64,000 nucleotides of DNA from Squalus acanthias (Eukaryota): positions 52,390,001 through 52,454,000 of the forward strand of contig CM059433.1 of assembly GCA_030390025.1 (NCBI GenBank), read 5' to 3'. A program made the translations under genes and the position numbers. This document shows, piece by piece, positions 24,673 through 38,180 of this stretch (within the stretch, counting starts at the first letter, position 1; each line of letters starts with the position of its first letter). The notes under the pieces are model-generated. The model saw only the letters and a list, made by a program, of their open reading frames with translations, did not search any database and was not told the origin of the DNA.

Positions 24673-26352
24673 TGTAAGGTTTCCAAAATTTGCAGATCCC
24701 CAAAACCTAAGGAAAAGGGACTTTGGAACTACCTCAGAGTGATAAAAATGCATTTGGGCCTAACCTAAGGAATTTAAGACCAAAAACCAAGTTTTGGCAT
24801 TTTAAAAAACATGTCTGGGCCTGTAAAGGAACAAGGAGGTTGGTTCGACCTCTGTAAAAGCAGTTTGGCTATTGCAGTTAATTACACTGTCTGGGGAACC
24901 GGGATGACCCCACTCAAGCCCCAGCAGACATTAACATTTGAACAATAGACCCTGGGAAAAGACAGTCCCACCCAAAATACAGGCCCCATCAAACCGATTA
25001 CAGGGCCCATCAGAAACATGCATAATAAAACCCACTCAGACCCATTCTATAGAAAGACCGAGTCCAGCCTAGGAAACCAAACACAAAACCAATCACCAGT
25101 GATCAACCGAGGAGATCGACAGGATGCAAGCCATCCCAAAAGCCATTTGACACTTACAGAACAGTTACTGGTAACTAGCCCGCCAAAATCAGACAAAGAA
25201 CCAAGCAGATTTGGTGCGCAGATAAGGCCATGGTCAATGGGTGAGATTGAAGGCCTGTTAAAAACCAGGTAACACGCTAGTAAAGTCGTTACCGTTAATG
25301 AGCCCGCCAAAACCAGACAATGGACTGAGTAGATTTGGCGGGCAGATAAGGCCACTTCAATTCAGTATAATTGAAGGCCCGTTAAGCAGTTCAAAAAAGA
25401 AGAAGACAAGCCGAGACAAGTGGGTCATCAGCATCACACACACAGTCGAGTGTGGAGACAAGGAGCAACATCACCGACCCAAGCCAAGCTGGAAGCGAGT
25501 TGGCATCGCTCACCACTCAGACACACCTGAGTCCAGCTCGTGAAGATACCACCTCGACGGACCTCCAACAACGGTCCCAACACAGTCACCCGGAGCAACA
25601 AGCAGTAACAAGTCACTGACGGCTCCACGAGGTCGACCGACACACTAGACAAGGCCTAAAACCATCGCGGAAACCAAAGGCCTCAAGAAACCAACAACCG
25701 CATATTACACCCAACTGATCGGGTAATAGCAGGCCACCACGACCAACAAAGACCAACTCAAGGGAAGAAAACCCGAAGAACCGCAAAGTTTCCACTCTAC
25801 AATCTACTCCTGACTTACCCCTGGGTAAGATTTTCCCAAAGACTCTAAACCCTACTGCTAACCAAAAGAAATTGGATACTCACCAGATAAATCCAAACTG
25901 ACATCCTACCGCATCAGCGGACTCGAGAAGACTGACCAGATACGCAGGTGAAGTCCTCTACCGCATACGGGGTACGGCAGACACTAACCGCCATAAAAAC
26001 GAACCCCAAAACCGCGATTTAGCCCAACTGTCAAAGGATTGGTGAGCATTATCCCTGGTCCTTCAAAGCCTAACTTAGCTAGTAAAGTGGGGTTGGGAGG
26101 GGTGAAGTATTGTTCTACTGTCATTTCCCTCGCTTGTACCGAAGTGTTCCCCACCTTTAGAGTGTTAAGAGTGTTATTATTTGTGTTTTACCTTTTAATA
26201 AAGATTGAAGTTCTTTTCATCAAACTCAGTTGTCTACTGCACCTTTTATCACAACCCCCAAATAAGTCCAAGGTCTAGAACCAAGGGAGTGGGTGCGATT
26301 CGAACCGCTCAGAAGTCAGAGGTGAAGCTGACACAAACCACCACCCCCTACA
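24673..26352 (+). mobile_element. Solo LTR (1680 bp) of an LTR retrotransposon or ERV
   Basis: TGTAAGG...CCCTACA termini, 4-bp TSD CCAT, cleanly interrupts the LINE RT, AATAAA near 26197, no coding capacity. Confidence 0.8.
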
Positions 26353-27315
26353 CCATCTTCAGCTGCTTCATCAATGACCTTCCCTCCATCATTAGGTCAG
26401 AAGTGGAGATGTTCGCTGATGACTGCACAGTGTTCAGGGCCATTCGCAACTTCTCAGATAATGAAGCAGTCCATGCCCAAATGCAACAAGACCTGGATGA
26501 CATTCAGGCTTGGGCTGAATAAATGGCAGGTAAAATTCGCGCCACACAAGTGCCAGGCAATGACTATTTCCAACAAGCGAGAGTCTAACCACCGCCCCTT
26601 GACATTCAACGGCATCACCTTCACCGAATTCCCCACTATCAATATCCTGGGGGTCACCATTGACCAGAAACGTAACTGGACCAGCCACATAAATACTGTG
26701 GCTACAAGAGAGGGTCAGAGACTGGGTATTCTGCGGCGAGTGTCTCACCTCCTGACTCCCCAAAGCCTTTCCACCATCTACAAGGCACAAGGAGTATGAT
26801 GGAATACTCTCCACTTGCCTGGATGAGTGCAGCTCCAACAACACTCAAGAAGCTCGACACGATCCAAGACAAAGCAGCCCGCTTGATTGGCACCCCATCC
26901 ACCACCTTAAACATTCACTCCTTCCACCACCGGCATACCGTGGCTGCAGTGTGTACCATATACAAGATGCACTGCAGCAACTCACCAAGGCTTCTTCGGC
27001 AGCACCTCTCAAACCAGCGACCTCTTTCACCTAGAAGGACAAGGACAGCAGGCGCATGGGAACACCACCACCTCCAAGTTCCCCTCCAAGTCACACACCA
27101 TCCTGACTTGGAAGTGTATCGCCGATCCTTCATCGTCGCTGGGTCAAAATCCTGGAACTCCCTACCTAACAGCACTGTGGGAGTACCTTCACCACACGGA
27201 CTGCAGCTGTTCAAGAAGGCGACGGCTCACCACCACCTTCTCAAGGGCAATTAGGGATGGGCAATAAATGCTGGCCTTGACAGCGATGCCCACATCCCAT
27301 GAATTAATAAATAAA
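26353..27315 (+). mobile_element. LINE family B, 3' part
   Basis: MFADD motif; 3' tail GATGCCCACATCCCATGAATTAATAAATAAA. Confidence 0.9.
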
Positions 27316-29046
27316 TTAGAAGGGCAAACCCCAAAATAAGTGCAACAAATGTGGGTGGCTACTGTGGTATCAACAAGCCACAGTGCTCAAAAAGATGTGC
27401 AAAAGAAGGAGTCTGATTTGACAACAGGTGCCAAGGTAAGCTATCAATTATGTTACTCCCATACATGGGGTCTGATTATCCATTGTCTAACGTTGCTATT
27501 TATGGGTACAGGTGCCTTTATTTTCACATGACAGAATATATTGAAGAAGGTTGCAGGTGTCAACCGTATTTGCCTGAATAGTTTTACACCAGACTCTTCA
27601 CCTGAATTTAGCACTGATGCACATATTGTACAATCTTTGATTCTCTCTGTAAAATTGAATTTCCAGCAATTCAGAATAGTTCTTTTCTTTCTGGTCGGAG
27701 ATAGCCTTCAGCAGACACCACATGCAGGACTGAGGGGGCACTGAGAAAATAAAAATCCGTACCCACTGTTCTAAGTTTCAAGTCTGTCTTGGGTACAGCA
27801 GTGCTAGTAACTCCGGTAAATTGCCTGAGTGTCTTACATTCAGGAGTGTGCCCATACTGCCCAATATCTAATTATATGATGGTGTAACCTGGGAACATAA
27901 CAATAGGATTCCCCTGTGACTGAATTGGATATTTTATCATTCATGTGTTCTCTGGTGCATTTCTCCAATCTAAAGTGAAATCTAAAATTTCTAAAGGTAA
28001 ATTAAAATACTTTAGTAAGATGAGACCAGATATGAATCATTAACCTGTTTTATTTTACAGACAGCAAGTAACTGATGTAATCAAATCTCACCTACTTGAT
28101 TCAGATAACTACAGAACAGTCCTTGAGAATGAAAAAATATTAAAAGTATCCCACATTATGCCTATTAACAGGCTCACTTAACTTTTTTTGGTCACCCTTC
28201 TGATTCTGACTGGCTCTGCGCTTAAAGAGTAAGTTTCCTCTTGCTAGGACAAGCTTCCTCCCCTAACCGACCTGACTGGCTGACTGCGCATGTGTCTATG
28301 TCCCTTTTCTCTGTATACCCTGCCAATGGGAGTGCTGTCCCTCTGACTCCTTCCCTGATCAGTGATTCACCAGTAAGCCTGGCAATATAACCAGCCACCT
28401 CCTCTTCCATCACCCTCCCCCCTCCCCCACATCTTGAAGTGTGGGCTGAAAGAAAAACCTCTTGTTCTTAAAGTGAATAAGCAATATCTTGGCTTAAACA
28501 ATTGATCTTCATTGTAATAGAATGTGTGCTGTGCCATTTTACAACTTGACCCGTCTGGCTTTAATGTACATTTTTGTTTCAAACCTGTGCAAATGTACTT
28601 TTGTTTAAAACAACACTTAAACATAGCACGTTCTGAATACTTTACATGAAAAGAAAATGATCAAAAATCCTAAAACGTGATACCCATTATGAGGAGACCA
28701 TATGCACTGGAGACGACTGGGCCTGAGAGAATGCTGAAGTTTGTGGCGACTACTATGCCTCTTAACATAGCAGAAGAAATGTTATACCTACACTTATTTG
28801 TGTAATTTTGTGCCAAAGAGCCAAGGAACTTTAGTTAAAATGTATTTACAAATTGTACATCCTGCACCTTCTTAAATATCTTGGATTGAGATGTTAAATG
28901 CGGTACCCATGCTAGAGTTCACTAAAAAGACTCCTCTGATCACTTCCATAAGCTATCTCATGCTGTGCTCATTTCTCAAACTTCACCTATTCGGTCTTAC
29001 TTTTTTAATACCAGCTTCACTTGCCCAAAATTAATTCAAAGTGTAA

Positions 29047-30025
29047 ATCATAGAATCATAGAATGATACAGCACAGAAGGCCATTCGACCTATTGTGCCT
29101 GTGTCGGCTCTTTGTTAGCGCTATCAAACTCGTCCCACTCCCCTGTTTTTTCCCCACAGCCCTATCATTTATTTCCCTTCATGTATTTATCCAGTTCCCT
29201 TTTGAAAGTTACTATGAATATGCCTCCTCCACCCTTTCACTCAGTGCAATCCAGATCACAACAACTTGCTCCATAATTTTTTTTGGCTCATGTCGCCTCT
29301 GGTTCTTTTGCCAATCACCTTAAATCTGTGTCCACTGATTACCGACCCTTCTGCCACTGGAAACTGCATCTCCTTGTTTACTCTATCAAAACCCCTCATG
29401 ATTTTGAACACCAAATCTCCTTTTAACCTGTTCTGCTCTAAGGAGAACAACCCCAGCTTCTCCAGTCTCTCCACATAACTGAAGTCCCACATCCCAGGAA
29501 CCATTCTAGTAAATATCTTCTGCACCCTGTCCAAGGCATTGACATTCATCCTGAAGTGTGGTGCCCAGAATTGAACTCAATACTCCAGCTGAAGCCTAAC
29601 CAGTGTTTTATAAAGGTTTAGCATAACTTCCTTCTTTTTGTACGTTATGCCTCTATTAATAAAGACAAGGATCCCATATGCTTTTTTAACAGTCTCTCAA
29701 CTTGTCCTGCCAAATTCAAAGATTTGTGTACATACACCGCAGGTCTCTCTGTTCCTGCACACCCTTTAATATTGTACCATTTAGTTTATGTTGCCTCTCC
29801 TCATTCTTCCTACCAAAATGCATTCCTTCACACTTTTCTGCATTAAATTTCGTCTGCTCATTTCACCAGTCTGTCTATGTCCTCCTGAAGTCTGTTACTA
29901 TCCTCCTATTCTTTTACTACATTTCCGAGTTTTATGTCATCTGCAAACTTTGAAATTATGCCCTGTGTACCCAAGTCCAGGTCATTAATATATATCAAAA
30001 AATGGTCAGTGGTCCTCATACCGAC
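29047..30025 (-). mobile_element. CR1 LINE 3' fragment
   Basis: RVQKIFTRMVPG...LFSLEQ motif; (ATCATAGA)n tail. Confidence 0.9.
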
Positions 30026-30339
30026 GCCAGTATCGGCCCTGAGTAAATTTGCAAATTTCCTATTAAATGGTTCTTAACAAGAAAAACAAACAATAACAGT
30101 GGATCAGTGCAGTGATGTGTGTTCAACCTATTTTCTCCCAGAGCAAGTTTAGGAGAATGGGTCAAAGTTTTTGTCCAATCTATTAATACTAACTAACAAT
30201 ATTACTGCACCTAAACACATAATTAGCACATACACTAACTCAAACACTCAGAACAAGTTAAACCACCTTGGAAGACATTGGCATATGTTCTGAATTATAC
30301 TTTCCAACATAATTTAGGAACTATTATAGTTATCCATTA

Positions 30340-30748
30340 TTATTTTATTCATTCTCTCGATGTGGGCATCGCTGGCAAGGCTGGCATTTATTGGCCATCA
30401 CTAGTTTCCCTGAGAAAGCGGTAGTGGTTTGATACAACTGAGTGGGTTGCTAGGCCACTTTAAAAGGCAGATAACAGTCAACCATGTTGGTGTGGGACTG
30501 CAGTCACATATAGGCCAGGCCAAGTTAGGATGACACATTTCCCTCCCCAAAGGACATTAATGAACCAGTTGTGTTTTCACACAACAATCCAACAGTTTCA
30601 TTGTCACTTTTACTGGCACCAGCTTTTATTTCCAGATTTTTAAAACTGAATTAACATTCTCAAACTGCCATAGTAGGATTTAAACTAATCTTTTCCAGAG
30701 GCCTCTGGATCACTAATCCAGTAATGTAACTACTACGCTACCATAGCC
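30340..30748 (-). mobile_element. tRNA-derived SINE with a tail shared with LINE family B
   Basis: Degenerate tRNA-like head at ~30660-30748 on the minus strand; 3' end GATGCCCACATC matches the family B tail. Confidence 0.65.
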
Positions 30749-31347
30749 GGTTAAATTCTGGGAAAATCGTGGCTTAAGAGCTGCCGTTGGCTTTGATCAT
30801 TTGTAGATATTTTAATGTTGGTTTCTGTTAGTTTAAACAATGTGAAACAGCCGTTGTTTTTAATGTCGCCATCTGCTTTATTTACGTAATTTGCAATTAG
30901 AATTACCAACTGAAGAAGAATACTGGAATTGATGAAGCCTTCTTCCGAAGGCACATTTTGAAAAGTTTAATGTACAGAATCTCTCATCAGTAATGGTGCT
31001 TTTTTTTGGGATTGTCAACTAATGGAAATGCATTGTCACCAGATGCAGTGATCTGTTTATGGTTGCCTGTCTGCCCATTGGCAGGTTCCTCTTGAAAAAT
31101 TATTCCACATTGCATTGTGCCATTGTGTTTGCTAAGAGACACTAAAGTTACTCTTACTGTTGTCGTACAAATACTTTAATGCATCAAATTGCTCTCTGTT
31201 AGCTTAATGGAAGCAATAACCTGTTCAAAATGACTGCGTTAATGGCTCTGTTAGAGTAACAGGGCAAGGAAATAGATAAAAGCTTGTTAAGCAATAGTAT
31301 AATAACATTATGGACTCTTTCCGGGTATTTTACATTGGGAGAATAAT

Positions 31348-32382
31348 GGAGGTTATTTTCAATGGCTCCTTTCGGTGCTAAAGAGCCGCCGAGGCAGCCA
31401 AGATGGGGTCTTGAGCTGAAATGTCAGTTTAGCCCATGTTTAGCGCAAGAGGCCAGCTTGGTAAAGGAGTTGTGTGCTAGGAATGGTCGCCTGGAGGATC
31501 GATAAGAGGTTGATTGCCACTTAAATTGCCTCATTAACGAGGCTGCACGGCATTTTGGTGGCTGTCGCTTGACCCAACGCCCTCTCCTAACAGCGACCAG
31601 CTGATTGGGAGTAAACAAGTCGTTGCTGAGGATTTCGAGTGCTACTTAAAAGTAGATCACCTTTTACTGTTCATTTGCTGCTGGAGGTTTGAAGAGGACT
31701 TTTGAAACAAATCGGAAGACTTTCTGGGACACTTTGTCAAGACTTCACCAACACTCTATCAATATTTATTCCGGAAATTTCTGAGGACATCACCTAAAGA
31801 GAGTGAGTGCTGAGCTACTCTACCTTATTGGACACCTTATAGGAGTCACCAGGAGAAAGGGAGTGCTTGGTCAGGGGCATTTTGCTAGAGTGTCCCCCTT
31901 GGTCTGGATGAGGAATGGGAGGAGGAGCTAAGGCCAGGAAGAGCAGTACCAGCTGCTGCAGGAGAGAGGGGCAGGAGGGACAGGAGGGCGAGGTGGCGTC
32001 CTTCCCTTCTGCAGGTACAGGACATCCCTCCTCCTCTGGACCTCCTCCACCAGGACCTCCAGTGCCGAGAACCTGTGCGCCCCCTCCCTCGGTCCCCGAG
32101 CCACCCTGAAACCTGCTGCTGTGTGTCAGCCAGTCCACTCCACACCTTCAGTGAAGTGGGTGAGTGGAGCCCACATATACTGCGCCACGAAAATTGTGTC
32201 TAATCAGCGCTCGAGTGCTGAACCTGCAGGTGTCCGTTTTAGTGCCTCCAGGCAAGTTCAATCTATGGTAATCAGCAATTAGGACGAAAATTGCGTGCTA
32301 AAACCAGACTTTCAAACAGACGTGTCTTATTAGCACAGCACCATTTAGTGCCTGTCTTCACCCTTTCACCAAAATAAACCCC
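31348..32382. mobile_element. Non-autonomous Harbinger-type element
   Basis: TIRs GGAGGTTATTTT / AAAATAAACCCC with AAT on both sides. Confidence 0.6.
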
Positions 32383-32547
32383 AATGCATTTCCTAGAACA
32401 TGCTGAAATAATGCAAGTTCTGTCAAAAGTTCCAATGCACCATCAGGTTCTGCGAGAGCATTAATTTGAACCATCAAAAAACACTGGAAAGCATCCACAT
32501 CACAAAATGACCCCTGTCATGATAAAATTAACAATTATAAACATCAA

Positions 32548-34150
32548 GGGGGAGAAATTGGGCATCTTAGCGCCTCCCGTTAGCGCTTTCAGGGGGGAGG
32601 GACGCTAATGGGGCGCTACCAGCTTTGCAACCAGGCGCGACGCTAGTACCGACACCCGCAAAATTGAGGTGGAGGTTTGTGGCGGCGGTAAGCACTAGCG
32701 CCACGATCTCATGCGCCCGGAGATCGTGACGTCATCCGGCTGCGCAGCGCCCAAGAAGTGCCCCGGCTCTGCAATTCACTCTCGCCCCCTGCCTGAGCGC
32801 CTGCCGTTAGCAATGACAGGTAGAGGAGGCGGTATGCAGTCGGATGAGCGCTGGAGGAGCGCTATATAAAGACGTCAATGTCCGGGGTTTTTTTAGTTGA
32901 CAAAGAATGCTGCCTTGTCAGTTTGACAAAAGCAAATGGGCGTTTTGAGCGATTTGAGCGTTTTCAACTTGAAGGAGTATTCTGGCTGAGAAGAATTTAT
33001 CACTTTCATTTGGGTTACATTTGATAGTGCAACATTTCCATCATTTAATGGGGGCTGTACTGGCACTGGACCTCGCCCTCCAGCATCACCCTCAGGCAGC
33101 GGAGGCAGAGAGAAAGATTGCAAAATGTGGCCAGACGGAAGAGGGCCAACAGGCCTCAGAACAGGAGGCCTTACCCTCCCAGGGTATTCCGGGAGCACTT
33201 CTCCTACATTCATCTCTCAGAGGAGTAGTAACTTAGAAGGCTCTGCTTCAGCAAGGAGGTGGTCACAGAGCTTTGCCACCTCCTGAGCCAGACCTCCAGC
33301 CTCAGCTCAGGACCAGGACATCTCTCTCAGTGGCAGTTAAGGTCACAGTCGCTCTCAATTTCTACGCCAGTGGCTCCTTCCAGGCTTCAACGGGGGATAT
33401 TGCAAACATCTCCCAGTTCGCCGTCCATTGCTGAATCCGGGATGTCACACATGCTCTGTACAGAAGGAGAAGGGAGTACATCTCATTTTCCATGACCAGA
33501 GGGAAACAGGATGAACGGTCATGTGGCTTTGCATGAGGATAGTGGGCTTCCCCATGATTCAGGCCGCCGTTGACTGCACCCACGTGGCATTGCAGGCATC
33601 TCATCACAATGCAGAGGTGTTCCGCCACCGCAAAGGCTACCACTCTCTGAAAGTTCAGTTGGTGTGCGACCACAGACAGTGCATCCTCACCGTCAATGCC
33701 CGCTATCCTGGCAGCAGCCATGATGTATTCATCCAACACTGTTCCACCCACCACATGAAGCTCGTGGCTGGCTGCTCGGAGACAAGGGTTATCCGCTCGC
33801 CACCTGGCTGATGACACCCCTCCGCAACTCCAACACTCCTGCTCAGCACGCATACAATGACAGCCATCGTGCCACCAGGAACCTGATCGAACACACTTAT
33901 GGGGTGCTAAAGCAACGGTTCCGCTGCCTTGACCGCTCTGGAGGAGCCCTGCAGTTCTCCCCTGATTGAGTGTCCCTTTTCATCATTGTGTGCTGCATGC
34001 TGCACAACCTGGCCATTCTGAGGGCCCAACCATTGCAGGTCCACTTCAGGAGGAGGAAGAGGGAGAGGAGGAGGACGAGGTGGAGGAGGAGGAGCAGCAG
34101 CAACGGAGGAGCGAGCCACTCAATCTTGCTTATTATCGAACACAACACTC
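32548..34150 (+). mobile_element. Harbinger element: one terminus plus degenerate transposase (~33048-34140)
   Basis: TIR GGGGGAGAAATT; GFPMIQAAVDCTH, RKGYHSLKVQLVCDH, YPGSSHD, CCMLHNLA motifs. Confidence 0.88.
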
Positions 34151-34229
34151 TCTTATGAAACACAACTATTCATAAAGAAACACAATATATTTACAAACAC
34201 ATCAATTTATTAACACACACTACCCCCAT

Positions 34230-35823
34230 TTAAAAAAAATTAGTTTATGGGATGTGGGTGTCGCTGGCAAGGCCAGCATTTATTGCCCATCCCTAATTGC
34301 CCTTGAGAAGGTGGTGGTGAGCCTTCTTGAACCGCTGCAGTCCGTGTGGTGAAGGTACTCCCACAGTGCTGTGAGGTAGGGAGTTCCAGAATTTTTACCA
34401 AGCAACAATGAAGGATCGGCAATATACTTCTGAGTCAGGATGGTGTGTGACTTGGAAGGGAAGTTGGAGGTGGTGGTGTTCCCATGCGCCTGCTGCCCTT
34501 GTCCTTCTAGGTGGAAGAGGTCGTGGGTTTGGGAGGTGCTGCTGAAGAAGCCTTGGCGAGTTGCTGCAGTGCATCTTGTAGATGGTACGTACTGCAGCCA
34601 CGGTACACCAGTGGTGGAGGGAGTGAATGTTTAAGGTGGTGGATGGGGTGCCAAACAAGCAGGCTACTTTGTCTTGGATGGTGTCGATTTCTTGAGTGTT
34701 GTTGGAGCTGCACTCATCCAGGCAAGTGGTTAGTATTCCATCACAGTCCTTACTTGTGCCTTGTAGATGGTGGAAAGGCTTTGGGGAGTCAGGAGGTGAG
34801 ACACTCGCCGCAGTATACCTAGCCTCTGACCTGCTCTTGTTGCCATAGTATTTATGTGGCTGGTCCAGTTAACTTTCTGGTCAATGGTGACCCCCAGGAT
34901 GTTGATGGTGGGGGATTCGGCGATGGTAATGCCGTTGAATGTCAATGGGAGGTGGTTAGACTCTCGCTTGTTGGAGATAGTCATTGCCTGGCACTTGTGT
35001 GGCACGAATGTTACCAGCCGCTTATCAGCCCAAGCCTGAACGTCGTCCAGGTCTTGTTGCATGCGGGCATGGACTGTTTCATTATCTGAGGAGTTGTGAA
35101 TGGCACTGAACACTGTGCAGTCATCAGTGAACATCCTTATTTCTGACCTTATGTTGGAGGGAAGGTCATTGATGAAGCAGCTGAAGATGGTTGGGCCTAG
35201 GACACTGTCCTGAGGAACTCCTGCAGCGATGTCCTGGGGCTGTGATGATTGACCTTCAACCAGCACAACCATCTTCCTTTGTGCTAGGTATGACTCCAGC
35301 CAGTGGAGCGTTTTCCCCCCGATTCCCATTTACTTCAGTTTTGCTAGGGCTCCTTGATGTCACACTCGGACAAATGCTGCCTTGATGTCAAGGGCAGTCA
35401 CTCTCACCTCTGCTCTGGAATTCAGCTCTTTTGTCCATGTTTGGACCAAGGCTGTAATGAGGTCTGGAGCTGAGTGGTCTTGGCAGAACCCAAACTGGGC
35501 ATCAGTGAGCAGGTTATTGGTGAGTAAGTGCTGCTTGATAGCATTGTCGATGACACCTTCCATCACTTTGCTGATGATTGAGAGTAGACTGATGGGGTGG
35601 TAATTGGCCAGGTTGGATTTGTCCTGCTTTTTGTTGACAGGACATACCTGGGCAGCTTTCCACATTGTCGGATAGATGCCAGTGTTGTAGCTGTACTGGA
35701 ACAGCTTGGCTAGAGGCGCGGCTAGTTCTGGAGCACAAGTCTTCAGCACGATAGCCAGGATGTTGTCAAGGCCCGTAGCCTTTACTGTATCTAGTGCGCT
35801 CAGCCGTTGCTTGATATCATGTG
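34230..35823 (-). mobile_element. LINE family B copy, 5'-truncated
   Basis: Reverse complement of 1843-3430. Confidence 0.9.
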
Positions 35824-37257
35824 TTCCGTTGATTCTTGCAGTGAAGAAAAAGCTCCCCTGATATTGTGCAAATAACAGCTGTAGATTCCAGAGTCACAGC
35901 TATCGGTTGCTGTTCATCTTTGGCGATGGACCTTCGAGCTGGTGCATAAACGTGATGTTCTTGAACATTCTTGTCTTCGGGTGGGTACCAATGAGTTCTG
36001 GGTCCCACAAATCCGAAGCCATAGGCAGCCTTCTCCTCTGCCTCCACTGGGAACGTGATGCATCCTCATCCACTTCCCATTTCTCCGACATCTTCACTGC
36101 TCTATGAATCATTGGGTACCACATCACGTTTAACACTATCTATTTCCCCTGGGAGAAAGTATCTTAGGTGGTGTTTGGGAGTGACAAAGCAAATGATGGA
36201 GGGGTTTGAGATCAAGGGATTGTGACAAGGGAACATGGAGCAGAATCTTGGTCTAGGGACTCATGGAGGATCTTCTTGCTCTCCAGCTGTTCCTACTCTT
36301 GATCATCATCATGTCCCCCTGCATACCCCCCCCACCCCCGCCATTGCTGTGATGTATATGCAAGAACGAAGGGTACAAGCTAAAAATGGGTCAACATTAA
36401 TTTTTTAAGATTACGGAGACACAGAAGGGTGCAAAAGCATGTGACACACTGTTGAGATAATTATTTGATAATATTTGTTGTATGTTCAGCAAGTTTGTGA
36501 AAGGTTACTGTACAAAGCAAATTGTTTGTTAAATAAGTAAAAGTGCAGAATACGTGTTTTTGGCAATAACAGATATTTTTCATTTCATAAATCGTTACTC
36601 CAAAGCAAAATGGTTTCATAAGTGTCCTGAAATGTTAATAAATGTTAAGGATGATACCAGAAATGAGAAACTATAGCAATAAGGAGAGAATTGAGGGGGT
36701 TGATTTTAACTCATATTTTAAATACTGGGCCTCATCCGCATAGTACTGGTCAACTGCCCGCCCGAAACAGAGGGAAAGTGACAGCTGACTGGTGGGCAGG
36801 AGCAATAGCTCGGGCGTCGGCTAGCATTGAATGAAGGTTCGCCGGCAAACAGATAAGTCATGGGAAAAGGGTAGGGTCACGTGAGAGTGAAGGGAGGGAG
36901 GAGTCTGTGGCAGGGAGGCCATGACTTCCCTTGTGCTCTCCAAAGGAGTGTCAGTCTGACGGGAAAGCCATAGTAGCTTCCCCACTCAGACCTGAGTTAT
37001 ATTCCAAGCGGGATCCATCTCAGCCACTGAACTGCAGTGAGCAGTTAAATTGATGGCCAGCGGGATTCCAGTGCAAATGAGCTGGTAAGGCTGAACTCTG
37101 CCTCACTTCTGCTGGTTTCTGTTAACATTCCTATTAACATTTCCTCCGAGATATTGGGAGTATATCCATGGGAGTGGAGAAAGAAAAGAAGAAATTTACA
37201 AATAATTACGTAGAAATTACAATGGTCATAAGGCCCCCCCAATTCATATTGGTTTTT

Positions 37258-37712
37258 ATCATCACCCCTGTGCTCGCTGACCTACATTGGCTCCCAGTTA
37301 AGCAATGCCTCGATTTCAAAATACTCATCCTTGTGTTCAAATCCCTCCATGGCCTCGCCCCTCCCTATCTCTGTAATCTCCTTCAGCCCCACAACCCCCT
37401 GAGATATCTGCGTTCCTCGAATTCTGCCCTCTGGAGCATCCCTGATTATAATCGCTCAACCATTGGTGGTCGTGCCTTCTGTTGCCTAGGCCCTAAGCTT
37501 GGGAATTCCCTGCCTAAACCTCTCTGTCTCGCTACCTCTCTTTCCTCTTTTAAGACTCTCCTTAAAACCTACCTCTTTGATCAAGCTTTTGGTCACCTGC
37601 CCTAATTTCTCCTTTTGTGGCTTGGTGTCAATTTTCTTGTCTTATAATACTCCTGTGAAGCGCATTGGGACGTTTTACTACGTTAAAGATGCTATATAAA
37701 TACAAGTTGTAT
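37258..37712 (+). mobile_element. L2-type LINE 3' fragment
   Basis: ITPVLADLHWLPVKQ; similar to 3620-4070. Confidence 0.88.
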
Positions 37713-37719
37713 TAAAAAA

Positions 37720-38180
37720 AAATTCTCGGGCTCTCTGTTTTAAATTTCTCACATTTAATCTTGTATCTATGTCCCCTTGGCGTAGACCCTTCAATTACTG
37801 GAAACAGTCCATTTATATCTACTCTGTCGTATCCCTTCATAATGTTATACACTTCAATCAAATTGCATTGGAATCTCCTCTATTCTAATGAAAGCAACCA
37901 GAATTTTTCAAGTTTTCCTTCATATTTGTATTTCTTCATACCAGGCAGCATCCTAGAGAATCTGTGTTGCACCCAATCTATTTCATAAAGTTTTTTTAAA
38001 TTGTGAAGAATTTGGATAGATTGAGTATTTCCTCTGGTTAAGGAGTCAATGAAGAGGAGTCATCAATCTAAAATTGTCACCAAGAGAGGAGAGAGGTTAG
38101 TAGAAATTTCTTTATGCAGAGAGTTGTTACAGAATCGAATGCATTGCCAGAGGGAGTTGTTGGGATAGAGACCGTTGCAT
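37720..38180. mobile_element. Old CR1 3' fragments in both orientations
   Basis: Degenerate matches to the CR1 C-terminal coding region. Confidence 0.5.

Noticed and set aside
35824-36340. GC-balanced segment with short ORFs after the LINE
   Set aside because: No recognisable motif in any frame; it cannot be assigned
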